This document shows positions 17,166 through 25,277 of a stretch of DNA of 64,000 bases, piece by piece. The notes beneath the pieces are model-generated. The model did not search any database. It was not told where the DNA came from and worked only from the letters and a program-made list of their open reading frames with translations. Where the stretch lies: positions 64,001 through 128,000 of the forward strand of contig JBBRLQ010000008.1 of assembly GCA_038231275.1 (NCBI GenBank). Reading direction: 5' to 3'. A program made the position numbers and the translations under genes. The stretch comes from Polyangiales bacterium. Lineage in GTDB: Bacteria; Myxococcota_A; Polyangia; Polyangiales; Polyangiaceae. Each line of letters starts with the position of its first letter. Position 1 is the stretch's first letter.

Positions 17166-19892
17166 TCAGCCGATCGCGGCGAGGAGGGCCGCGCGGATCT
17201 CTTTGAAGCGCTCGGGCGGCACGCGGCCGCCGCCGAGCTCGTTCACGTAGAAGACGTCGGCCACGCGCGTCCCTTCCGTGTTGATCTTCGAGAGCGCGAT
17301 CGACAGGCCCACTTCGTGGAGCGCGCGCGCGAGCGTGAAGAGGAGACCGGGGCGATCCTTCGCGAAGACCTCGAGCACCGTGTGGCGCGGCGAGGCACGG
17401 TCGTCGATCGACACCTCGTTGAGCACGGTGGGACTGGGCCGCTCGCGCCACGGCGACTGCGTCCCGAGCCGCTGCGCGAGGAGCGCCTGCGGGTCCTCCT
17501 CGCTCGCGCAAAAATCGGCCAAATCGCGCACCAGGCGCGCCATGCCGCGCGTCGCCCCTTCGGCTCCCTCGGTCCGATCGCGGACCCAAAAGAGATCGAC
17601 GGCCTCGGTCTCGCCGTCCCCCGTCGCGCGCGAATAGACCTGCGCGGCGAGCACCTCGAGGCGCCCCGCGGTGATCGCCGCGGCGATCCGCGCGAGGAGA
17701 CCGGGCCTGTCCTTCGCGACCACGCAGAGCTCGGCGACCTCGGGGTGACGCGCCGGTACCAGCGCGGCGTGGACCTTTGCGTCGCCGCGATCGAGCGCCA
17801 CGCCGGCGTGCGCGACGATCGCCTCGGGCGAGTTGGCGACCAGGTACCGCTCCGGCATGGACGCGAGGAAGCGCTCGAGGAACTCCTCGGGGCCGACCCA
17901 CAGCTTCCGGGCCTCGTCGCGCGCCGAGCGAAAGCGCCCTTGATCGGCGTCGTCCGACTCTCCCGAGAGGAAAAGGTCCGACGCGAAGTAGAGCTCGTCG
18001 AGCATGCGCGCCTTCCACGACGTCATCGCAGTCGGCGAGGTCGTCGTGATGTCGGCGACGGTGAGGAGGTAGAGATCGCGGAGCCCCTCGCGACCGCGGA
18101 CGTTTCGCACGAACTCGCGCGCGACCGCCGGATCGTCGAGATCACGCCGCGTTGCCGTGTGGTACATCGAGAGGTGCGACGCGACGAGCTGGCGCGCCTC
18201 CGCGACGTCGTCCGGCGCGATCCCGAGGCGCGGGAGGATGGCGTCACACAGCTCGGCGCCGCTCTGCGAGTGGTTCTTTCGCGACCCGGTCGCGTCGGGG
18301 TAGCCCTTCCCGACGTCGTGGAGCAACGTCGCCAGGAAGAGCGGCACCGGGCGCGCGATCTCGGCGGCCAGACGGCTCGCCAGGGGCCTCTCGTGCGCGA
18401 GCTCGCCGCGGCAGAGCGCGCGCAAGCAGTCGAGGGCGGCCACCGAGTGAACGTCGACCGTGTACACATGGTAGACGTCGTGGTGCACGCGCCCGGTGAC
18501 CGGCGCGAACTCCGGGATCATCGCCAGGAGGAGCCCGACGTCGTGGAGCTCTCCGACGATCGACCCGCGACGGGTCCGCGCCTCGGGCACCGTGCACACG
18601 AGATCGACGAAGATCTGCGCGGCCTCGCGGCTCTTCCTGAGCTCCTCGCACCACGCCGGATCGCTGGCGGCGCGGGCGATCCCTTCGCGCGCGTACGGTA
18701 AGACGGGAGCGCCGTGCCGCACCGCCGCGGCATAGACGCGAAACGCCAGCGCGGGGACCGACGCCAACTCCCCCACGCCGCCGACCGTGACGTGCCCGTC
18801 GAACATTCGCACGCCGCCCCCGAGATCGGTCTCGATCTGTCGCCCGCGCCGGCGCGGCGGCGTCGCGCGGTGGAGGATCCGCTCGCGGGAGCGGCTGACG
18901 ACGCGCGCCTGGAGGTAATACTCCTGCATCAAGCGTTCGGCGGCGGCGTGGCGCGCGGCGTCGCCGTCCTCCGCGCCCGCGTACCCCATCTCGACGGCGA
19001 TCGTCTCTTGCTCGTCGAACGTGAGGCGATCGCTCCGCCGCCCAGCGTGCGCGTGGAGCCGATTTCGCACGCGCCACAAGAACTCCTCGGCGGCCGCGAT
19101 CTCCTTCGCCTCGCGCGCGACGAGCACGCCGACGCGAACGAGATCGCCCCACACGTCGGGCTCGGCGGCGCTTCCGACCTTGAAGCGCGCACGGGCCGCC
19201 CATCGCGCGCCGTCGAGATCGCGGAGGCCGCCGGCGCCGCTCTTCACGTCGGGCTCGAGGAGATACACCGACGCGCCGAACCGCGCGTGACGCGCTGCCG
19301 CCTCCTCTTCGAGGCGCTCGATGAACGCGACGAGCTCCCCCTCGCTGAACAGCCCGCTCCACGCGCGATCGAGGAGCCCGGTGACGAGCGCCCGATCGCC
19401 GGCGAGGTGCCTCAGGTCGAGCAGCGACGTCGCGGTCGCGAGATCGGCCTGCGCGAGATCGAGCGCCTCGGTCGGCTCCATCACCTGATGTCCGACGCTC
19501 ATGCCCGCGTCCCAGAGCGGATAGAGCAGTGCCTCGGCGAACGCGGAGGCGGCCTCTTTGTGCTTCGCCCCGCGAGGGACGACGAAGCGCATGTCCGCGT
19601 CGCTCCCCAGCGCCACCGCGCCGCGCCCGTAGCTCCCCACCGCGGCGAGCTCAGGGCGCGTGCCCTTCTCGGCCACCGTCGCGCACGCGGCGGCGTGGAG
19701 GCTCGAGACGAGGCCGTCGATGACCTTGCAGTGCTTGCGTCCGAGTGAAAGCCCGTCCTCGCCCTTCGCGAGCCGCGCCGCGAGGTCCGCCTTGTGGCGG
19801 TTCAGGTAGTCCTTGAGCTCGCTCCCCAGCGGCGGCGCGATCTGGAGGAGCCGCTCGGAGGCCGGCGACCGGGACGGGGGAGGAGACGCCAT
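17166..19892 (-). CDS. glnD: PII uridylyltransferase / uridylyl-removing enzyme
   Basis: GSYGRG..SDAD nucleotidyltransferase, EPDVKSGAGGLRD, YHVYTVDVH and LLHDVGKG HD domain, two DRPGLL ACT domains. Confidence 0.93.
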   Translation of the reverse strand: MASPPPSRSPASERLLQIAPPLGSELKDYLNRHKADLAARLAKGEDGLSLGRKHCKVIDGLVSSLHAAACATVAEKGTRPELAAVGSYGRGAVALGSDADMRFVVPRGAKHKEAASAFAEALLYPLWDAGMSVGHQVMEPTEALDLAQADLATATSLLDLRHLAGDRALVTGLLDRAWSGLFSEGELVAFIERLEEEAAARHARFGASVYLLEPDVKSGAGGLRDLDGARWAARARFKVGSAAEPDVWGDLVRVGVLVAREAKEIAAAEEFLWRVRNRLHAHAGRRSDRLTFDEQETIAVEMGYAGAEDGDAARHAAAERLMQEYYLQARVVSRSRERILHRATPPRRRGRQIETDLGGGVRMFDGHVTVGGVGELASVPALAFRVYAAAVRHGAPVLPYAREGIARAASDPAWCEELRKSREAAQIFVDLVCTVPEARTRRGSIVGELHDVGLLLAMIPEFAPVTGRVHHDVYHVYTVDVHSVAALDCLRALCRGELAHERPLASRLAAEIARPVPLFLATLLHDVGKGYPDATGSRKNHSQSGAELCDAILPRLGIAPDDVAEARQLVASHLSMYHTATRRDLDDPAVAREFVRNVRGREGLRDLYLLTVADITTTSPTAMTSWKARMLDELYFASDLFLSGESDDADQGRFRSARDEARKLWVGPEEFLERFLASMPERYLVANSPEAIVAHAGVALDRGDAKVHAALVPARHPEVAELCVVAKDRPGLLARIAAAITAGRLEVLAAQVYSRATGDGETEAVDLFWVRDRTEGAEGATRGMARLVRDLADFCASEEDPQALLAQRLGTQSPWRERPSPTVLNEVSIDDRASPRHTVLEVFAKDRPGLLFTLARALHEVGLSIALSKINTEGTRVADVFYVNELGGGRVPPERFKEIRAALLAAIG

Positions 19893-20061
19893 GGCGCCGG
19901 CTCATGGTAGCCCCGGGCGGGCGCACATTTCAGGCCTCGAATAGACGCTTCCCTATTTGAATTGAATTCCTTACGCTCCCGCTCGTCTGATTCCGGGGGT
20001 CCAGCGCCCAGCTGGGCACGGGTCTTTCGAGTCTTGGGTGAGTTTCCGTAGGAGGCGATCG

Positions 20062-20853
20062 ATGTCGAAGAGACTTGTTTTTCCGGCGCTCGCGCTTGTC
20101 GCAATGAGCCTTGGTGCATCGTTCAACGGCTGCTCCTGCAGCGGCGAAGCAAAGGTCGGCAACATGGAGGCGAAGGCTCCTGAGCCCCCGCCGCCCCCGC
20201 CGCCGCCCGCCCCGCCCCCCGCGCCCGCGCCGGATCCCGTCCCGGTCAAGCAGATCAAGTCGGTCGGCAAGGCGACCCTCGAGGGCAACAAGGTCAAGAT
20301 CCCCGGCGACATCGAGTTCGACGTCGACAAGGCGACGATCAAGAACACGCCGCAGACGACCGACGTCCTCACGACGCTCGCGCAGTTCATGAAGGAAAAC
20401 CCGACCGTCACGAAGCTCCGCGTCGAGGGGCACACGGACAACACGGGCAAGGACGACCACAACAAGAAGCTGAGCGACGACCGCGCCGCGGCCGTGGCCA
20501 AGTGGCTCGGCGCGAACGGCATCGATGCCTCGCGCGTCAAGTCGGTCGGCTTCGGCGCCTCGCGCCCGCTCGTCACCAACGACTCGCCCGAGCACAAGGC
20601 GATGAACCGCCGCACGGCGTTCCACGTAGAGGAAATCGAGGGCAAGGTCGTCCCCGACGACTCGGGCGCGACGGCGGGCGGCACCACGCCGCCGGCAGAC
20701 CCGACGGCTGCGGCCGGCGGAACGACTCCGGCTGCAGGCGGCACCACACCGGCCGGCGGCGGCGCGGTGACGACGACGGCGGCGAAGGCCGGCGGCAAGG
20801 ACGCTGCGGCGGGCAAGAAGCCGGCTGCGCCGACCGCGCCGAAGAAGCCCTGA
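20062..20853 (+). CDS. OmpA-like peptidoglycan-binding lipoprotein
   Basis: IEFDVDKA, VEGHTD, LSDDRA, NRR; GGAGG RBS; Cys after signal peptide. Confidence 0.9.
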   Translation: MSKRLVFPALALVAMSLGASFNGCSCSGEAKVGNMEAKAPEPPPPPPPPAPPPAPAPDPVPVKQIKSVGKATLEGNKVKIPGDIEFDVDKATIKNTPQTTDVLTTLAQFMKENPTVTKLRVEGHTDNTGKDDHNKKLSDDRAAAVAKWLGANGIDASRVKSVGFGASRPLVTNDSPEHKAMNRRTAFHVEEIEGKVVPDDSGATAGGTTPPADPTAAAGGTTPAAGGTTPAGGGAVTTTAAKAGGKDAAAGKKPAAPTAPKKP

Positions 20854-20883
20854 GCGCGCTCTAGACAACCGAAACGGATTCGA

Positions 20884-20923
20884 ACGCCGCGCGCTCTTTC
20901 GAGAACGCGCGGCGTCGTCTTTT
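20884..20923 (+). terminator. Probable intrinsic terminator after the OmpA-like gene
   Basis: ACGCCGCGCG..TTCG..CGCGCGGCGT stem followed by CGTCTTTT. Confidence 0.6.
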
Positions 20924-20926
20924 GTC

Positions 20927-21691
20927 ATGCCCCTCGCACGCGCGCGCTGCCCTGCCTGCTCCGAGCCCCTCGGCGATCCGCCGCACGTGCCCGTGCCTTG
21001 CCGTTGCGGGAGCTGTGGGACCGAAGCGCCGGTGCCGTTCGGCGCCGACGGTCAGCCGGCCGCGTTCGAGACGATGCTCACGGCGCCCGAGCTCCTGCGT
21101 TGGTTCGGCGCCGCACGGCACGCGATGGTCACCGGCCGACTCGGCATCGCCTTGGGTGCATGCGCCAAGTGCAAGGCGCCGCTGGTCGTGTCGTCACGTC
21201 AGCAAATGCGCCTACCCTGCCCGCACTGCCAGACGCCGGCCTGTGGCGAGGCCGCGACGATCCTCGTCGATCAATGGCCCGAGCCATGGTGCAAGGTGGA
21301 GGGCGGCGGCCTCTCGCTCGAGTACCGCCTCGCGTCGGTGGATGACTCGACGGGAGTGACCGCCGGCTGCGCGGCGTGCGCCCTCGCGACGCCCGCCAAC
21401 GAGCCGGGGACCCGCTGCAGGAGGTGCAACGCGGTCACGTGGGCCGAGCGCGACGGACGCCGCGTGCAGCTCGGCGTCCGCGCGTCCGGCACCCGCACGG
21501 ACCACCCGTTCAACGCCCTCGTCCCCATATGTCAGGGCGAGCAGATGCTCATGCGCGACGCCGCGGTCGGAGCGTCCGCGGAGTCTGGAAAATCGATCAT
21601 GGGCATCACGGGCGTTGGATGCGCGATCGGCACGGCCCTGGTGATCGTGCCGATCGTGATCGGGATCGCCTACGCGATGGCGAAGTGTTGA
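20927..21691 (+). CDS. Multi-CxxC (zinc-ribbon) hypothetical protein with C-terminal TM helix
   Basis: CPAC, CGSC, CAKC, CPHC, CAAC, CRRC; hydrophobic C-terminus. Confidence 0.7.
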   Translation: MPLARARCPACSEPLGDPPHVPVPCRCGSCGTEAPVPFGADGQPAAFETMLTAPELLRWFGAARHAMVTGRLGIALGACAKCKAPLVVSSRQQMRLPCPHCQTPACGEAATILVDQWPEPWCKVEGGGLSLEYRLASVDDSTGVTAGCAACALATPANEPGTRCRRCNAVTWAERDGRRVQLGVRASGTRTDHPFNALVPICQGEQMLMRDAAVGASAESGKSIMGITGVGCAIGTALVIVPIVIGIAYAMAKC

Positions 21692-21714
21692 CGTCGCGAG
21701 CGATGCGTCGCGCT

Positions 21715-21786
21715 CAAGGCCTGATCGGAAAAGCCGGTCAGGCCTCTCCGTCAGGAATCGTTTCGCTCCGCTGCGCTTCGCTACAC
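21715..21786 (-). repeat. REP-like intergenic repeat, copy 1
   Basis: Reverse complement closely matches 24575-24647; contains GGCCTGA(T/C)CGG-N5-CCGGTCAGGCC hairpin. Confidence 0.8.
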
Positions 21787-22638
21787 TCAGCCGCCGCCGC
21801 CGCTGTCGACCGGCGCGCCGGTGTCCGCCGGAGGAGCGCCGGAGTCCACGACGGTGGGCGCGCCGCCAAACAGCGAGCAGTCCGCCGCGCCGCCGCCGAA
21901 CGAGAGCCCTTGCGCGCAGCGGTTTCCGACGGCTGCGTCGCAGTACGGCGCCTCGGGCGCGCAGTCGGCGTTCGGATCGGTCTGGCCCGGGTTGCAGGTC
22001 CCGCCGATACCAACGCGCGGCTGGCACACGGCGCTCTGGCAGCGAGCGCTCTCGATGCACGGCGTGTTCGTCGCGTCGCACGTGCCGCCTAGGGCGATCT
22101 TCGGCGTACAGATCTTCACGCCGGCCGAGTCGGCGCAGTAGGTGCCGCTCTCGCACGTCTCGCCGGGGTTCGCGCAGCCGTCGCCCTTCTTCTTGTCCAC
22201 CTTGTCGCCGCAGTGGCTCTTGTCGCAGACGAGCGAGCCCGTGCAGTCGTAGCTCGAGGTGCAGATGTCGCCCTTCGCTTTGGTGCCGCCGTAGACCCGG
22301 CCGCAGGTGTTGGCGAGATCGGCGAGGGCGGTCGGCGTGACCGGCGATTTTCCGTAAGTGTCGTGCGTCTTGTTGACGCAGTCCTCCGCCTTGCCGGCGC
22401 TGTAGGCGCGGCCCGCCGTGATCGCCGCGGACGCTCCTGCGAGGCAGACCTTCTTCCGCGCCGCCGTGCAGTCGGAGGTGGCGACGAGGCAGATCCCCGC
22501 GACCTGACACTCCTGCGCCGCGACGTCGGTGCACATCGCGTCGTACGTCGGGTATTTGTCCGCCGCAGTGGTCGTGCACGCGGCCACGCCCGCGCCCGAG
22601 ATCGCCAAACCAAACACCAGTCCAAGCCACTTGTTCAT
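21787..22638 (-). CDS. Cys-rich lipoprotein
   Basis: GGAGG RBS; lipobox VAAC; many Cys in repeated G..C...C...C modules. Confidence 0.8.
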   Translation of the reverse strand: MNKWLGLVFGLAISGAGVAACTTTAADKYPTYDAMCTDVAAQECQVAGICLVATSDCTAARKKVCLAGASAAITAGRAYSAGKAEDCVNKTHDTYGKSPVTPTALADLANTCGRVYGGTKAKGDICTSSYDCTGSLVCDKSHCGDKVDKKKGDGCANPGETCESGTYCADSAGVKICTPKIALGGTCDATNTPCIESARCQSAVCQPRVGIGGTCNPGQTDPNADCAPEAPYCDAAVGNRCAQGLSFGGGAADCSLFGGAPTVVDSGAPPADTGAPVDSGGGG

Positions 22639-22684
22639 CGGATTGCCTCCAAAGGCCGCCGGGCTGCCAGGTGCCGGGGGTTCT

Positions 22685-22700
22685 TGCAAGTCTTCGCCCA
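22685..22700 (-). promoter_or_regulatory. Possible sigma54 (-24/-12) promoter for the Cys-rich lipoprotein
   Basis: TGGGCGA-AGAC-TTGCA on the minus strand, GG-N10-GC spacing, about 47 nt upstream of ATG. Confidence 0.4.
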
Positions 22701-22849
22701 AGGCGGGGTCGCCCGCAAGTGTTCTACATGCGTTGGACGCGCCGCGGCCCCAGGTCTTCATCGCCGGGGCGCACTCACCTGCGTCGCGGGCGCATTCGCC
22801 CCACTCGTTCGCCGCTGCGCATCGCTCCAATCAGCCTTTAGGAGGCCCC

Positions 22850-23140
22850 ATGAAACTGCCCGCTCGACGTGCCACGCCGTGGCTCGCCCTCGTGATTGTC
22901 TGCACCTTCCCGTCGATCGCCACCGCGCAGAACGGCGCCGCACCGAAGAGCTCCGGCTACGCCGAGCACAAGACCGACGGCGGCAGCAACGTCGTGTTCG
23001 ACGACGATCGCGCGCTCGGGACCGCCTACGATCCGTTCGCCGACATCGTGAAGGGCCCCCCGCACGGCGCCCGAATGAACCTGCTGAGACCGCGCTATAA
23101 CTTCGTTCCCGAACTCCTCAAAAGCGTAGAGAATTTGTGA
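22850..23140 (+). CDS. Small secreted protein, CglF/GltF-like
   Basis: GGAGG RBS; signal peptide; C-terminus LLRPRYNFVPELLKSVENL resembles the CglF-family tail (recalled, not searched). Confidence 0.6.
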   Translation: MKLPARRATPWLALVIVCTFPSIATAQNGAAPKSSGYAEHKTDGGSNVVFDDDRALGTAYDPFADIVKGPPHGARMNLLRPRYNFVPELLKSVENL

Positions 23141-23159
23141 TGGTGACCGCGCGGTCCGC

Positions 23160-23189
23160 TTGACGAGCGGGCCGGGGTGCGTGTAGTTC
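23160..23189 (+). promoter_or_regulatory. Possible sigma70 promoter of the tRNA
   Basis: TTGACG followed 16-18 nt later by TGTAGTTC, just upstream of the tRNA. Confidence 0.4.
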
Positions 23190-23204
23190 CAAGGCCGCCC
23201 CATC

Positions 23205-23288
23205 GCGAAGGTGGCGGAATTGGCAGACGCACCAGATTCAGGTTCTGGCGGGGTAACTCCTGTAAGGGTTCAAGTCCCTTCCTTCGCA
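23205..23288 (+). tRNA. tRNA-Leu (anticodon CAG), CCA not encoded
   Basis: Acceptor GCGAAGG/CCTTCGC, D-loop TTGGCAGA, anticodon arm CCAGA-TTCAGGT-TCTGG, long variable arm, T-loop GTTCAAGTC. Confidence 0.95.
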
Positions 23289-23369
23289 CGAAGTTCAGCG
23301 GAAAGCCGGAGGCGGGTCCCTCCGGGGCATGCCTGGAGGACGAGGCCCCGACGAGGGTATGCTCCGGCG

Positions 23370-24005
23370 ATGCCGCCCATCGTCCCTGAGGCGCTCGAGA
23401 GCTACGCCGCCGAACACGCCGATCCCGTCTCGCCGCTGCTCGAAGAGCTCCGCGCCGAGACCTACGCGAAGATGAAGTGGCCGCAGATGCAGGTCGGCCG
23501 CATCGAAGGCGCCTTCCTGCGAATGCTCGTGCGCCTCGTGGGCGCGAAGCGGGTCCTCGAGATCGGGATGTTCACCGGCTACTCCGCGCTCTGCATGGCC
23601 GAGGGCCTTCCTGACGACGGGACGCTCGTCACGTTCGACATCAACCCCGACGCTGAGACGATCGCGCGATCGTTTTTCGCGCGGAGCCCCCACGGGAAGA
23701 AGATCGACGTTCGCATCGCGCCGGCGCTCGAGACGATCGGCACGCTCTCGGGTCCGCTCGACCTCGTCTTCATCGACGCCGACAAGGCGAGCTACTCGGC
23801 GTATTTCGACGCTGTCCTCCCGCTCGTTCGCAAGGGCGGTCTCATCGTCGCCGACAACACGCTATGGGGGGGAAAGGTGCTCGATCCCCAATCGGACGAC
23901 ACGCGCGCGATCGTCGCCTACAACGCGAAGGTGGCCGCCGACATGCGCGTCGCCAAGGTCCTTTTGACGGTGCGAGACGGGATGCTGCTCTCCCAAAAGC
24001 TCTAG
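23370..24005 (+). CDS. Class I SAM-dependent O-methyltransferase (caffeoyl-CoA OMT/COMT-like)
   Basis: VLEIGMFTGYS, DLVFIDADK, DNTLWGG motifs. Confidence 0.9.
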   Translation: MPPIVPEALESYAAEHADPVSPLLEELRAETYAKMKWPQMQVGRIEGAFLRMLVRLVGAKRVLEIGMFTGYSALCMAEGLPDDGTLVTFDINPDAETIARSFFARSPHGKKIDVRIAPALETIGTLSGPLDLVFIDADKASYSAYFDAVLPLVRKGGLIVADNTLWGGKVLDPQSDDTRAIVAYNAKVAADMRVAKVLLTVRDGMLLSQKL

Positions 24006-24130
24006 ACGTCGCGCCGGACCGCTGAGACCTCAGCAAGTTGATCGGCGCGCGGACTTTAGCCGCACCTGTTAGCCGCGCCTTGACGGCGGGCGCCGAGCAG
24101 CGGACCTTTGACAAGAAGGGGAGACTACCT

Positions 24131-24571
24131 ATGGAAAGCACGCTGCCGAAGCACGCGCTCAAGCCGTTCGTTGCCGTCACGCGGACTGCGACGGTGATGG
24201 AAGCCATCCGCGCGATGGTGGAGAAGAAGGTCGGCGCGGTCATCGTCCTCGATGGCGATCGGCTCCTCGGCATGTTCACCGAGCGCGACGTGCTCATCCG
24301 GGTCGTCCTCGATCGGCGCGATCCGGAGAAGACTCCGGTTGGCGAAGTGATGACCTCGCCAGTGAAGACGGTGCGCGATAACGCCGACCCACGCATCGCG
24401 CGCCGCACCATGGTCGAGAGCCACATCCGCCACCTGCCGGTCGTGGACGGCGCGGGCAATGTCGTGTCGATGCTCTCGATGCGCCACCTCCTGCGCGCAG
24501 AGGTCAGCGATCTCGAGCAGACGGTGTGGACGCTGGTCGCCGAGACCGCCGCCGACGGCCCCGGCGGCTGA
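24131..24571 (+). CDS. Tandem CBS-domain protein
   Basis: VGAVIV..GMFTERD, VMT, IRHLPVVD motifs. Confidence 0.88.
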   Translation: MESTLPKHALKPFVAVTRTATVMEAIRAMVEKKVGAVIVLDGDRLLGMFTERDVLIRVVLDRRDPEKTPVGEVMTSPVKTVRDNADPRIARRTMVESHIRHLPVVDGAGNVVSMLSMRHLLRAEVSDLEQTVWTLVAETAADGPGG

Positions 24572-24574
24572 GCC

Positions 24575-24647
24575 GTGGAGCGAAGCCGCAGCGTACCGAA
24601 ACGACTCATGACGGAAGGGCCTGACCGGCTTTTCCGGTCAGGCCTTG
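24575..24647 (+). repeat. REP-like intergenic repeat, copy 2
   Basis: GTGGAGCGAAG..CGAAACG..; perfect 11-bp stem GGCCTGACCGG-CTTTT-CCGGTCAGGCC at 24618-24644. Confidence 0.8.
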
Positions 24648-24651
24648 TACC

Positions 24652-25170
24652 TCACATCACGCGAAAAATTTTTGCGATGAGCACGGCGAGGGCGAGCACG
24701 GCGCCGAGCGGCGCGAGTGCGTTGAGCGCGCGACCTGCCGCGACCTTGTCGCGCGCGAGGAGCAGGTGCCCGGCGCCGGCGAGGCCAGTGCACACGGTCA
24801 GCGGCAAGAACATCTGCGCGAAGTCGACCATCTCGGAGATGCGCCGGTTCCCGAGCGAGCTCGGGAGCAGAACGAGCACGCCGATGACCGTCGCTGTTAC
24901 CGCGAGCCATCCAGGGACCGCGAGCGACGCGCGCGGCCTGCGGCGCACGAGCGCCAGGCCAGCTGTGAACAACCACAGCGTCGCGAGCGCGAGAAAGAGC
25001 GCCGCCCCGAGGGACGCGCCGGTGTCGTCACGCATGCCGGTCTGGCTCGCGAGCGCGAATCCGCCGGCGAGGAGGAGGCTCGGAAGCGACAAGACGAGCA
25101 GCAAGGCTCCGACCCCGCGCGCGTTCGTGGAGGGCTGAGCCGGCGCAGGTAATCCGGGGGGCGCGACCAT
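24652..25170 (-). CDS. Hypothetical membrane protein
   Basis: About five hydrophobic segments; TACCCT box 6 nt before ATG. Confidence 0.6.
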   Translation of the reverse strand: MVAPPGLPAPAQPSTNARGVGALLLVLSLPSLLLAGGFALASQTGMRDDTGASLGAALFLALATLWLFTAGLALVRRRPRASLAVPGWLAVTATVIGVLVLLPSSLGNRRISEMVDFAQMFLPLTVCTGLAGAGHLLLARDKVAAGRALNALAPLGAVLALAVLIAKIFRVM

Positions 25171-25277
25171 CGGGCGAGGGTACCAAACTCCGACGGCGCG
25201 CTGCGGCAGGCGAGCGAATGTTCGCGTTGGAGCGCGACAGTCGGCCCCAAGCGCGACCGTTTCTGTATAGTGCCGCG

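Noticed and set aside
20014-20029. Sigma54-like motif GGGCACG-GGTC-TTTC upstream of the OmpA-like gene
   Set aside because: Lacks the -12 GC dinucleotide
23205-23370. tRNA-Leu as an integration site for a genomic island
   Set aside because: No integrase, no duplicated tRNA 3' end seen and no compositional shift downstream
23095-23389. Short ORFs across the tRNA
   Set aside because: They are translations of the tRNA sequence
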